Notes: generated by a model not told the origin, from the sequence alone. Positions 1 through 9,102 are shown, counted from the first letter of the stretch. The stretch is DNA of 48,066 nt from Candidatus Ruminococcus hominiciens (GCA_037465725.1 DAPZRK010000001.1:1-48066); one strand, 5' to 3'. A program made the numbers and translations.

Positions 1-52
1 CGTAAAATTTATGCTCGAAAATCTGCATATTATCTTAGTGTCAACACTCCCT

Positions 53-88
53 AAAAAACGTCAGCCACTTTTCGTGACTGACGTTTTT
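53..88. terminator. Intrinsic terminator downstream of the scaffoldin gene (A/T tracts on both sides, probably bidirectional)
   Basis: AAAAAACGTCAGcCAC-TTTTC-GTGaCTGACGTTTTT inverted repeat next to the stop codon at 90. Confidence 0.8.
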
Positions 89-89
89 A

Positions 90-1145
90 TTATGCCAGAT
101 ATTCTTCAAATGTGAGCTTTCCGTCAGCGCTCACATACGCGTAATACTCAAGAATAAGTGAGGCGTCAACGCTGTTCAGGATATCGTCCTTATTGACATC
201 TCCCGCCTTCTTTTGAAGTTCATTAAACTTTCCTCCGCTTTCGGTCATGGAATAAGCGTACTCCGTAAGTACAGCCGAGGCATCAACGCTGTTGATAAGC
301 CCGTCCCCGTTCACATCGCCGAGCGTGTAATCCTCGGGTATCTCAATGCTCGGATTCTCAACTATCACTATCCTGCCGTCGGGGATCTCTGCCGAAAAGA
401 TGTTTTCCTGCATTTTCCTGCCGTTCTCAGACTCCTCATAGTCGATAAAGGTCGGCGGCAGTTTTCCGTATTTTGAGTCGCCGATACGGAAGTGATACTC
501 ATCACCCTGCTTTACATCTTCGGGCAGCTTGAAATATATCGTCCACATCACGCCGTCCTTGCCGTAATCGTCATCTCCTGCCGTGGTGAGAAAAACAAAA
601 TCATCGGTATCTCCGTAAGCATAGGCGTGTGAAAGCTTGCTTATCGCCTCGCCCGGAACAGGCTGTTTGGTCTTGTCTATGGTCAGACGCTCGTCATAAT
701 AAAGGTATATTCCGGTATTGCAGTAATGACCCTCAGCTCCCATTACCGAAACAGTGACCTTGACAGTTCCGTCCTTCTGCGCCTTCACCTCAGCTATTTC
801 AGTTTCGGAAAGCACAAATACCGACTGGGGATAAAAGGGCATTTTAGTAGTGACGGCAGTCGTTGAGGTCGTACTTGCGGCAGAAGTTGTTGTTGAAGTA
901 GTAGCAGACGCTTTCGTCGAAGTCGTTGACTTAGCCGTTGTTGTCGTGGAAGTGCCTGCTGCCGAGGTAGTTGTAGTTGCAGCAGTCGTCGTGGTTGTCG
1001 GATTGCTTTCAGTTTCGTCTGCATACACCGAAGAAGTTAAAGTATAATTGTCAGATTCGGCGTATGTAAGGCTTCGGCTCAGCGAAATACTTCCTGCCGC
1101 AATCAAAATAGCCGAAAATGCGGAAATAATTTTGTTAAGCTTCAT
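90..1145 (-). CDS. Secreted monovalent adaptor scaffoldin: signal peptide, Thr/Ser linker, one cohesin, C-terminal dockerin
   Basis: Sec signal; poly-Thr linker; cohesin-like segment (VTVSVMGAEGHYCNTGIYLYYDERL...TAGDDDYGKDGVMWTIYFKLPED); duplicated Ca-binding dockerin repeats GDVNGDGLINSVDAS / GDVNKDDILNSVDAS; AGGAGG RBS. Confidence 0.85.
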   Translation of the reverse strand: MKLNKIISAFSAILIAAGSISLSRSLTYAESDNYTLTSSVYADETESNPTTTTTAATTTTSAAGTSTTTTAKSTTSTKASATTSTTTSAASTTSTTAVTTKMPFYPQSVFVLSETEIAEVKAQKDGTVKVTVSVMGAEGHYCNTGIYLYYDERLTIDKTKQPVPGEAISKLSHAYAYGDTDDFVFLTTAGDDDYGKDGVMWTIYFKLPEDVKQGDEYHFRIGDSKYGKLPPTFIDYEESENGRKMQENIFSAEIPDGRIVIVENPSIEIPEDYTLGDVNGDGLINSVDASAVLTEYAYSMTESGGKFNELQKKAGDVNKDDILNSVDASLILEYYAYVSADGKLTFEEYLA

Positions 1146-1185
1146 AAATTCCTCCTGAAGCGTGTATTCTCAGACAGTACAGGGA

Positions 1186-1998
1186 TCATTCTATTCCCAT
1201 GAACTCCTTGAAATTATCGGAAAGTATGCGTCTGTTTTCTGCTTCGGTAAAGCCCAATGCGAGAAAACGTTCAAGTTCCTCCTCATGGCTCCACATCGGG
1301 AAATCCGAACCAAAGAAGCAGTTCTCAACGCCGTACTTTCTGACAAGATGCGCTGCTCGCTCGGGAGTCATGAAAGCCATTGAGCTGCTGACATCGAACT
1401 TCACATATTCGCTGCCCTCAAGGCACTCCTCTGCCTCGTCCCAGCGCTGATATCCGCCAAGATGAGCGGCAATAAGCCGGAGTTTCGGGAAATTCTTATG
1501 TATATTGGCGATCCGCTTGGGCGCAGAGTAGTTGTATCTCGGGTCTCCGCAATGGATAAGAAGCGGCAGGTCATTCTCTATCAGTTCGTATATTTTGAAA
1601 GCCTCAGGAGAATCCGCATCAAACTCCTGAAAATCGGGGTGGAGCTTCACGCCGTGCAGACCGAGAGACTTTATCTGCTCAATATCTGCCTCAAGGTTCT
1701 CGGAGTTCGGGTGAGTCGTTCCCAAGCCGAAAAAGCAAGGATTCGCCTTGCACTCTCTGCCGATAAACTTGTTTATCGAATTTATCTGGTGCGGAGTCGT
1801 TGCCGTCGAGCACACAAGGTATCTCGATACGCCGATCTTGCTGCCGCTTTCTATCAGCTTTTTGCTGAAGCCGCAGTTTTCCATTGGCAGGTCGTAGAAA
1901 CGTCCGATGTTGACTGTGGCATTTTCCGCTATTTTTTCAGGGAAAATGTGCGCATGGGCATCTATTATCTCATATTTTTCATAAATTTCCTTATCCAC
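1186..1998 (-). CDS. Amidohydrolase family (TIM-barrel metallo-hydrolase, Amidohydro_2-like)
   Basis: IIDAHAH, KLHP, IHCG, AHLGG and FGSDFP motifs; GAGGAGG RBS. Confidence 0.85.
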   Translation of the reverse strand: MDKEIYEKYEIIDAHAHIFPEKIAENATVNIGRFYDLPMENCGFSKKLIESGSKIGVSRYLVCSTATTPHQINSINKFIGRECKANPCFFGLGTTHPNSENLEADIEQIKSLGLHGVKLHPDFQEFDADSPEAFKIYELIENDLPLLIHCGDPRYNYSAPKRIANIHKNFPKLRLIAAHLGGYQRWDEAEECLEGSEYVKFDVSSSMAFMTPERAAHLVRKYGVENCFFGSDFPMWSHEEELERFLALGFTEAENRRILSDNFKEFMGIE

Positions 1999-2045
1999 TT
2001 TTTAGTCCTCCTCGGCGGTGTTTCCTTAAATCTATACAACTATTA

Positions 2046-2074
2046 ATTATACCTCATTCGCCCTCATTTGTCAA
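2046..2074 (-). promoter_or_regulatory. Sigma-A promoter for the amidohydrolase-scaffoldin unit
   Basis: Minus strand TTGACA-17bp-TATAAT, perfect consensus. Confidence 0.8.
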
Positions 2075-2101
2075 CGGCGCGGACAAGCTTTTAAAAACGA
2101 C

Positions 2102-2132
2102 AAAAGTCCCCGACCAGAACGGTCAGGGGCTT
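2102..2132 (-). terminator. Intrinsic terminator of the 923-aa pectate lyase gene
   Basis: GC-rich stem CCCCTGACC/GGTCGGGG followed by TTTT on the minus strand just after the stop. Confidence 0.7.
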
Positions 2133-2136
2133 GAGA

Positions 2137-4908
2137 TCATGCTGTTTTTTCGGTTATAAGCTTTCTCATGAGAACAAGGTCGATCGAATTCAGTCTGCCG
2201 TCCGAATTGAGGTCGCCTGCCTCCCAGTTTACGATACCGCTGTCCTTTTTGCCGAGGATGAAATTGTTCAGAGCCACGAGGTCGGCGATATTGAATTCGC
2301 CGTCACCGTTAACGTCAACGACCTGCTCCTTTTCAGCCTCCTTGACAAAAACCGTGTAGTTTACCGTATTGCCGCTCTGACCGTTTGTTCCGAGCGTTAC
2401 GGACTCTCCGGCAGAGAAGTTCTTTGAGTAAACCTTGAATACAACGTCATTTGATATGCCGACTGTCGATCCCGTATCGGTGTAGTCCGACATCCATGCC
2501 GGAATGTTTGCAACTCGCGTATCGAGCGCGATGTAGACCACAATATCCGCACCTGCCGTAAACTTGCCGAGGTCGCCCGAAAATGCCTTTGAATCGCAGG
2601 CTGTGAGGATCTGCTCTGCGCCGGCGAGCTTATCGGGAAGTGATGTGATAGTGAAATCGCGGTCACCGAAAACCTTTCCGCCCAGTGCAGCGTCGTAGGC
2701 AATATTCCAGTCGGCAGCATTGTCGGTATCCTTCACGCCGAGTCCCTTAACAAGCTTTCCGCTTATCGGAAGAACTGCGGGAACGAGGCTCCAGTCCTGA
2801 CAATTATAGCCGTTCATTTCCCATTGCTGAACATTTCCGCCGTGTTCAAGACTGCCTGCGGAAACTTCAACAACGGAAACGTCATTGGAAATCTTGGTGT
2901 AGATCTTGTATGAGCCGTCAGCGTTCTTTACGAACTTGAACTTCTGATTGTCGCCGCCGTTATACTGGTAGAGGTCGAGATTTGTGCCGTTATCCGCCTT
3001 TTTGCCAGCAACGTCAAGAACGAACGTCTTGCCGTCTCCGAGCGCTGAGTAGACATAATAGTAACCGTCTCCTGCGGAGTAAAGTCTCCATACATTCCAC
3101 TCGCCCTCGCCGTTCGCGCCGCTGCCTGAACCTGCCCACTGCTGTATATTCGCGCCGTTTGCAGCCTTTCCGTCAGCAACTTCAAGGAAAAGTGAGCTGT
3201 TCACATTCTTTATCATGAACGCTGTGCCGTCCGCGAAATTTTCAGCGATAACTCCGCTCGGAGCTTCGTTATAGCCTGCACTCGGAACGCCCTTGCTGCC
3301 GTAGCGCAGATACATCCAGTTGCCCGCACTATTCTGAACGCCGCTGTAGCCTGCACAGTAGTTCTTGGCATTCTCTGCGGTAAGCGAAATGTAGTCGTAG
3401 TTAGTGTTTGGTCTCCATGTGCATTCGCCTGCGTAGGAGAGATTATTCCCGCTGCCTTGACCTACGCCTGTTCTGTTAGCTTTGTTGAAAATCGAACCCG
3501 AATCGGTAAAATAGCCCTTATACGCGGACTGTCCCCAGTCACAGCAGACATTTCCGCCGCCTGTGAAGTATGAGTTCTCAGAGAATATCTTGCAGTCGCT
3601 CTGAACGGTGAAAGCCATGCTGAACGTATCAACAAAGTTATTGAGCGAGTGGTAATATCCCCACCTCATGAGTCCCGGGCCTCTTGTAAGAGTTTGCTTA
3701 AACTTGTTTGAGATAAGCGACATATTCGGATAACCGTCGTACTTGCTGTAGTTGCTCTCGCTGTCATCGGGATAACCGAGGATAACGCCGTACTCGTGAA
3801 GTCCGAATGAGCTGTCCGAAACCGTGCAGTAATCCGCATCATAACAGCAGGCAAGGAACTTATCCCAATCGGGAAGTCCCGTTGAAGCCGTATTGTAGTC
3901 CGAATGTCCCACAAATGTACAGTGATCTACCCAAAGATTCTCACCTGAACCGAAATAAACCACGATGGAGTCGTTTCCGTTGGAATTACTATCGTGCTGA
4001 AGTTCAAAGTTCTTGATTATGATATTATTGCCTGTTCCGTTGTTTGAAGATGTGCAGAACTGAACATTGTAAAGCGTGTGCGCGCCGTAGCTTCCTATAA
4101 TGGTCTTGTTACTGTGAACATAGATACGTCCGTCAGGGCAGTAATATCTGCCCGAGGAATCCTTCGTAAGGGTGCTGACACTTATGTTGCTCTTTACAAC
4201 GATCGTGTAGGGCGTATCGGAAGTTGCGTATTTTTTCAGCTCGTCAAAGGTTGATACCTCTACTGTCTCGCCGAAAAGTCCGCCGATGTCCGCAGCCTTA
4301 ACGCTGCCAAGGTTGTCATTTTTGCAGTAGCCTGCAAATCCCTGCAATCCGTCGGGATTTAAAAGCCAAAGCTGATTATCCGCACCCGTGTAGCTTGCAA
4401 GAGTCATGCCGGAAGTTCCCTGTGTGAGAGCAAGCGAAGTGTCAGAGTAGTTGACTATCTTGTAGCAGAGATCGTTTCCAAGACGGTCTTTACTTACGGG
4501 AACAGCGTACCAATGCTGCGACTTGGCGGACTCGCTGCCGTAGACGATAACATTTGCCCCTGCCGCAACATTATAATTCTGTGGAGTGAGAACACGTCCC
4601 GACTCTGCATTGCAGATCTTGAAAAATGTTCCGTTTCCGTCCGAACCGACACGGTCGAAGCGCCATGAAGGCGCGAGAGTACTGCCGAGAGCCTTAACTG
4701 AGAGGGTAGAGCCGTCCTTGGTTCCGTTCTCGGTCAGGACTTTTGAATTATCCTTGGTCGCAATGTTCATTAGCTGAACGGGATAATCCACCGAAGCTGC
4801 CTGCACTTCAAGCGGATCGCCGGCAAGCCCGAAGAGGGGGAGCAGCCATGCGGTCAGCATAACAAGAGCAAGAAGCAAAGCCTTTTGCATACGTTTTGAG
4901 TTTAGCAT
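2137..4908 (-). CDS. Cellulosomal pectate lyase (PL1-like): signal peptide, ricin/CBM13-like trefoil, beta-helix catalytic domain, second ricin domain, unknown module, dockerin
   Basis: NIIIKNFEL, DSIVV and NLWVDHCTF beta-helix motifs; QxW ricin repeats (SQHW, NQLW, IQQW, CQDW); dockerin DVNGDGEFNIADLV / GDLNSDGRLNSIDLV. Confidence 0.85.
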   Translation of the reverse strand: MLNSKRMQKALLLALVMLTAWLLPLFGLAGDPLEVQAASVDYPVQLMNIATKDNSKVLTENGTKDGSTLSVKALGSTLAPSWRFDRVGSDGNGTFFKICNAESGRVLTPQNYNVAAGANVIVYGSESAKSQHWYAVPVSKDRLGNDLCYKIVNYSDTSLALTQGTSGMTLASYTGADNQLWLLNPDGLQGFAGYCKNDNLGSVKAADIGGLFGETVEVSTFDELKKYATSDTPYTIVVKSNISVSTLTKDSSGRYYCPDGRIYVHSNKTIIGSYGAHTLYNVQFCTSSNNGTGNNIIIKNFELQHDSNSNGNDSIVVYFGSGENLWVDHCTFVGHSDYNTASTGLPDWDKFLACCYDADYCTVSDSSFGLHEYGVILGYPDDSESNYSKYDGYPNMSLISNKFKQTLTRGPGLMRWGYYHSLNNFVDTFSMAFTVQSDCKIFSENSYFTGGGNVCCDWGQSAYKGYFTDSGSIFNKANRTGVGQGSGNNLSYAGECTWRPNTNYDYISLTAENAKNYCAGYSGVQNSAGNWMYLRYGSKGVPSAGYNEAPSGVIAENFADGTAFMIKNVNSSLFLEVADGKAANGANIQQWAGSGSGANGEGEWNVWRLYSAGDGYYYVYSALGDGKTFVLDVAGKKADNGTNLDLYQYNGGDNQKFKFVKNADGSYKIYTKISNDVSVVEVSAGSLEHGGNVQQWEMNGYNCQDWSLVPAVLPISGKLVKGLGVKDTDNAADWNIAYDAALGGKVFGDRDFTITSLPDKLAGAEQILTACDSKAFSGDLGKFTAGADIVVYIALDTRVANIPAWMSDYTDTGSTVGISNDVVFKVYSKNFSAGESVTLGTNGQSGNTVNYTVFVKEAEKEQVVDVNGDGEFNIADLVALNNFILGKKDSGIVNWEAGDLNSDGRLNSIDLVLMRKLITEKTA

Positions 4909-4965
4909 TTAACGTACCTCCTTAAATAATAAAATTATTAAACTCCTTAAAATTTAATTAACTTT

Positions 4966-4994
4966 ATTATACCACGCTGTTGCGCATATGTCAA
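4966..4994 (-). promoter_or_regulatory. Sigma-A promoter with extended -10 for the 923-aa lyase
   Basis: Minus strand TTGACA-17bp-TATAAT with TG at -15/-14. Confidence 0.8.
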
Positions 4995-5034
4995 TAGTCA
5001 GTCTATCAAAAATTGAAAGTTCCCACTGTACACT

Positions 5035-5070
5035 ATGGAAAAAGAAGCCCTCACGAGCTTCTTTTTCCAT
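5035..5070. terminator. Stem-loop/terminator after the PL1-PL9 gene
   Basis: Perfect 14-bp inverted repeat ATGGAAAAAGAAGC/GCTTCTTTTTCCAT with an 8-nt loop. Confidence 0.65.
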
Positions 5071-5103
5071 TATATCATTATATTTAGGGGAACCGGAATT
5101 TTC

Positions 5104-8100
5104 TTAGGATTCCGGGAGTGCTGTTATGAGCTGAGCAACGTACTTCTGAATCGAAAGCGCGTCCTGTGTTGTCAGACCTGAACCTTTCTTGTAAACATCA
5201 CCGTTCAGAACGCCCTGTTCTGTAATATGGGTATCGCTGCTGCCGTTTACACCGTATTTGTCACTGTTTGCAATGACCTGAAGGATCATGACTGCGTCTG
5301 AAATGTCAACCTTGCCATCAACGTTTGCATCGCCTGCAAGATAGTTGCTTTCGGTGCTTGTAGTAGTTGTCGTGGTGGTTGCGGAAGCTGTTGTCTGTGA
5401 AGTCTCAGGAGCATAAACCATGTAGAAAAGGTTTGCTGCATCAGCCTTTGACACCGTGTGAGCGCCAGCCGAAACGTCAACTGTTATGATTCCGTCGCCG
5501 CTTGAAGTGTACTTTGTTCCGTCAACCTTGATAGTTGCGTCGGACTCTGCAAATACAAGCGTGAATTTACCTGCGGAAGGGGCTGTAAATCCAACGGTTG
5601 TGGCTGTTTCGAGCTTGAGACACTGTGTAAGTGTAATGCCGTTGTAATTTACAGTACCCTTCGATGTAGAGAGGCTTCCGCTGATAGTATAGAAGCTGCT
5701 TGAAACTCCGTTCAGCGTGAAGTTGTGAACCTGATCTCCTTCAATGGGAGTTACCTGACCGCCCGTTGTAGTGGTGGTAGTAGTTGTCTGTACAGGTTGC
5801 GTGCTTACTGTTGTAACAACAGGCTGTGAAGAACCGTCAGACATATGATAGCCAAGCTTTGCGTATGTGCCGTTTTCGGGAGTCTCCGCGAAACCTGCGG
5901 GATCCAGCGAACCGTCAGCATTTCTCCATACTGTGTGGAAATCTGTGCCCATAGCCGGAACGCTGAGTGTTATGAAATCTGAATCAGCAGGAGTTACAAT
6001 ATCGCCAAGCTTTGCACCGTTGGTCATTACCGTGCTGTTCTTTGCATAATAGTACTTGCCGTTGTAGTAAATGGAATTTGTCATGTTTCCGACAAATTTA
6101 TCATTGCTTACCTTGATACCGGGAGCATTTGTCTTGGAAACCTTTGCGGTATTGATGTATGACATCATTCCGTCAAATGACGCGGAAGTGCTGCATCTGT
6201 AAACCATGTAGTTTGACTTGCCGTTGCCGCCGATACCGTTATTGTAAGCGGTGCAGTTCTTCATATCGCCGAATTCTGGATTGTTGTTGTCAGTAAATCC
6301 GCAGTTGAGGTTCTCGAAAGCGAGACAGTTCTCAACAATATGGCGCGTACCGACTCCGCCGCCGCCGAGCTTGAAGCCGTTTCCGTCGCATTCACCGTAA
6401 CCTCTGCCGTCCTCTGTAAAGCCGTTGCGGAATGCGATAGAATTTTTGATAGTTACAACACCTGTCGGGCCTGTTTCGGTCTTGGCATAGAGATCCCAGC
6501 CGTCATCGGAGTTGTTGTAGGACATACAGCCGTCAAATACATTTCCCTCGCCGCAGGTGAGCTTTGCAGCAAACCCGTCTGCATTCTCCATAGTTGCGTC
6601 ATCGCAGTTATTCTTGGAGGTGCAGTTTTTGATAAGGTTGTTTGCAGGCCACTCCGCAACAGACGCATAAGAGGTGTTATAGCGTGAGAGCTGAAGACCG
6701 GTATCCTGATTTCCGTTGAATATCATCATCTCGATGATGTTGTTATCACCCGAAAGGAGCATTCCGTTATCGCCTGCATTTGCGATTTCAAATCCGTAGA
6801 AGTGCCAGTATGCACCGTCAAGGACGAATCCTCTGTTTGCTCCTGCAACTGCCTGACCTGAGAAGTCAAACTTTACCTTTGCACCGGGGTATGCGGAGAT
6901 CGTCTTGTACTTTCCGGCTGTGCCCGAGTTGTTCTCCTTGATCAGGATAGTTTCGCTGAATTTATATGTTCCATCGAGGAGGTAGATAGTACCTCCTGCG
7001 GGGACACTCTTTATTGCTGTAAGAACGTCAGTCGGCGAGTTCATTGACTTGCCGTCCCCGCCTCCGTTGGGAGAAACATAAATAACGTCCGAGCCGACAA
7101 CAGGAACTGTTGACGTGGTCGTAGTTGTAGTCTGCTGAGGCTGAGTTGTCGTGACCGTGGTGGTGGTCGATTTTACGGAAGTCGTTACTGTGGTGACAAC
7201 AGGATCATTATTATCTGTAAATCCGCTGCCTATTGCAACGATAGAATCCTTATAAGCTACAATTGCTGCCTTGAGCGCTTCATTTACTGCATAAGAGGAG
7301 TCGTCAACGCTGTTATCGAAAGTCCACTTGAAGTCGCCGCCGTCAACACGGCCTGCACGAGCCATTACCTTTTCCTTTGCCTCCTCGGGAGAATCAGCCG
7401 TATAGCTGTACATTACCGAGGAAGTATCGAAATTGTTGTATGTAGTCCCGCCCTGCTTTGCCTTTACTGACGAGGGAACTGTTTCCTTAGCGTTTGATAC
7501 TTCGTAAGCGTCAAAATCAGTGGGATCCTGCTGATACGTTGTGTAGGCTTTCGCGCCTGTAATGTAGTTGCCGCAAGCCTTGATAACGCCGCCGTTCTCA
7601 CCTGAGAATGTGCCGCCCGAGAGATCATCACTTCCCTGCTTGGAGATAAGCATGGGATAGTTGCAGTTTCTGAAATAGTTATTCTCAACGAAAGCAGACG
7701 CTCCCATTGTTACGCCGACACCGTACTTTGCGTTGCCGTCATAATAGTTGTTGTAAATGTGTACCGAACAGGTTCTGATCCTTGGATGACGCGAATCAGA
7801 GTGGTCGTACCAGTTGTGGTGGTATGTAATGTAATTCTCTGTGCTCTCGCTCTTCATGCCCTGAAGATTGCACTTTCCGTTATCCCAGAAATGGTTGTAT
7901 GAATGTGTAACATAGGTAGAAGTCTTTGTATCGAGTGCACCGTCACCCTTTACCTGATCTGCGTCCGAACCTGCATCGCCGTAGAAGAAGTCGCAGTTAT
8001 GGACCCAGATATGGTCGTTTTTCTGCTGGAGTCCGCAGTCGTCGCCCTCTGAGCTGTTGCAGTTCATGAAGCCGAGGTTGCGTACCTCAACATTAGAACT

Positions 8101-8865
8101 GTTCTTCATTACAAGACCAAATCCGTTGAACGTTGTGTCGTTGCCCACGCCCTCAATCGTAAGTCCGCAGACAACTCCGTCAACCATGAGATCGCCCTTG
8201 GGCATATCAGCGGGGTCTGTGATGTTTCCGATGAACCTGATACATACAGGGCCGACCTTTGAATTATCCTTGAGATTCGTTATAATATTCTGAACTCCTG
8301 TGACAGTGGTAACTGTTCCCTTCTTGTCAGGAAGTGAAACGCTTACCGTATCCTTGGTTGCCTCTGTAACATAAATAACAGATGCATTGGATTTAAGCGT
8401 ACCGTCCTCATTGTAAGCTCCCGAGGAAGTTCCGTTTACAAATCCGAAACCGCTTCTGTCGTGAGCATAGGCTTCGGCTGATGAAGATGCCGACTTGGAA
8501 TTATCCTCGCTGCCGTTTATCACGGGAACGACCTTTATCGAATGGCTGCCTGCCTTGAGACCAAGAGCGTCAGCTCTCATATAGCCGCTGTACTGTCTGA
8601 TAAGCATTGAGTCAATCTTTGTATTGTCTACATAAACGTTATAGCCGGAAGCTCCGCTGACAGCGCTCCATGTTACATAAACACCCTCGCCGAATCCGCC
8701 AGCCTGAATGATCTTAACGCTGCTGTCAGCCGCAAATGCTGTGAATATATCAGTACCCGAAACAGCAGCATAATTACCGCCAAGAGTTCCTGCTGCCGTA
8801 GTCAGGCTCATTACAGCCGCTGCCGCAACAGAAGCAACTCTCTTTTTCATCAATGAGTTCTTCAT
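5104..8865 (-). CDS. Bifunctional cellulosomal pectate lyase PL1 + PL9 with CBM77-like module and dockerin
   Basis: PL1 motifs WVHNCD, DGALD, RHPRIR; PL9 motifs ADGFAAKL, NNSDDGWDLY, GNGFKLGG; three Thr-rich linkers; CBM77-like module (HNFT...CLKLET...NLFY, about 5410-5735); dockerin GDANVDGKVDISDAV...DALSIQKY. Confidence 0.9.
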   Translation of the reverse strand: MKNSLMKKRVASVAAAAVMSLTTAAGTLGGNYAAVSGTDIFTAFAADSSVKIIQAGGFGEGVYVTWSAVSGASGYNVYVDNTKIDSMLIRQYSGYMRADALGLKAGSHSIKVVPVINGSEDNSKSASSSAEAYAHDRSGFGFVNGTSSGAYNEDGTLKSNASVIYVTEATKDTVSVSLPDKKGTVTTVTGVQNIITNLKDNSKVGPVCIRFIGNITDPADMPKGDLMVDGVVCGLTIEGVGNDTTFNGFGLVMKNSSNVEVRNLGFMNCNSSEGDDCGLQQKNDHIWVHNCDFFYGDAGSDADQVKGDGALDTKTSTYVTHSYNHFWDNGKCNLQGMKSESTENYITYHHNWYDHSDSRHPRIRTCSVHIYNNYYDGNAKYGVGVTMGASAFVENNYFRNCNYPMLISKQGSDDLSGGTFSGENGGVIKACGNYITGAKAYTTYQQDPTDFDAYEVSNAKETVPSSVKAKQGGTTYNNFDTSSVMYSYTADSPEEAKEKVMARAGRVDGGDFKWTFDNSVDDSSYAVNEALKAAIVAYKDSIVAIGSGFTDNNDPVVTTVTTSVKSTTTTVTTTQPQQTTTTTTSTVPVVGSDVIYVSPNGGGDGKSMNSPTDVLTAIKSVPAGGTIYLLDGTYKFSETILIKENNSGTAGKYKTISAYPGAKVKFDFSGQAVAGANRGFVLDGAYWHFYGFEIANAGDNGMLLSGDNNIIEMMIFNGNQDTGLQLSRYNTSYASVAEWPANNLIKNCTSKNNCDDATMENADGFAAKLTCGEGNVFDGCMSYNNSDDGWDLYAKTETGPTGVVTIKNSIAFRNGFTEDGRGYGECDGNGFKLGGGGVGTRHIVENCLAFENLNCGFTDNNNPEFGDMKNCTAYNNGIGGNGKSNYMVYRCSTSASFDGMMSYINTAKVSKTNAPGIKVSNDKFVGNMTNSIYYNGKYYYAKNSTVMTNGAKLGDIVTPADSDFITLSVPAMGTDFHTVWRNADGSLDPAGFAETPENGTYAKLGYHMSDGSSQPVVTTVSTQPVQTTTTTTTTGGQVTPIEGDQVHNFTLNGVSSSFYTISGSLSTSKGTVNYNGITLTQCLKLETATTVGFTAPSAGKFTLVFAESDATIKVDGTKYTSSGDGIITVDVSAGAHTVSKADAANLFYMVYAPETSQTTASATTTTTTTSTESNYLAGDANVDGKVDISDAVMILQVIANSDKYGVNGSSDTHITEQGVLNGDVYKKGSGLTTQDALSIQKYVAQLITALPES

Positions 8866-8955
8866 AAGTAGTCCTCCAATAATGTTTTAATAAATATTAA
8901 TGATAAGAAATTCCGTGCAGCCGTTCTGCACTCTTTATCCCCTTGTGTTGTATAC

Positions 8956-8984
8956 ATTATAGCTCAATTGACCATTGAGTTCAA
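8956..8984 (-). promoter_or_regulatory. Sigma-A promoter for the PL1-PL9 gene, with an inverted repeat in the spacer
   Basis: Minus strand TTGAAC-17bp-TATAAT; CTCAAT-N5-ATTGAG at 8963-8979. Confidence 0.65.
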
Positions 8985-9102
8985 TGACATATAATACTTG
9001 CTTACTGATATATTGTGCTATTGTAAAATCATTCCTCACACAATTTATCATCGCAATAAAAACGCCTCAACATAAAACGAAAAATTCTCTTTACCTAATA
9101 TC

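Noticed and set aside
850..1000. Repetitive GTT/GTA/GTC-rich tracts (also about 5355-5400, 5760-5820, 7110-7200) as tandem repeats or CRISPR
   Set aside because: They are reverse complements of Thr/Ser codons in inter-module linkers; no constant repeat-spacer period
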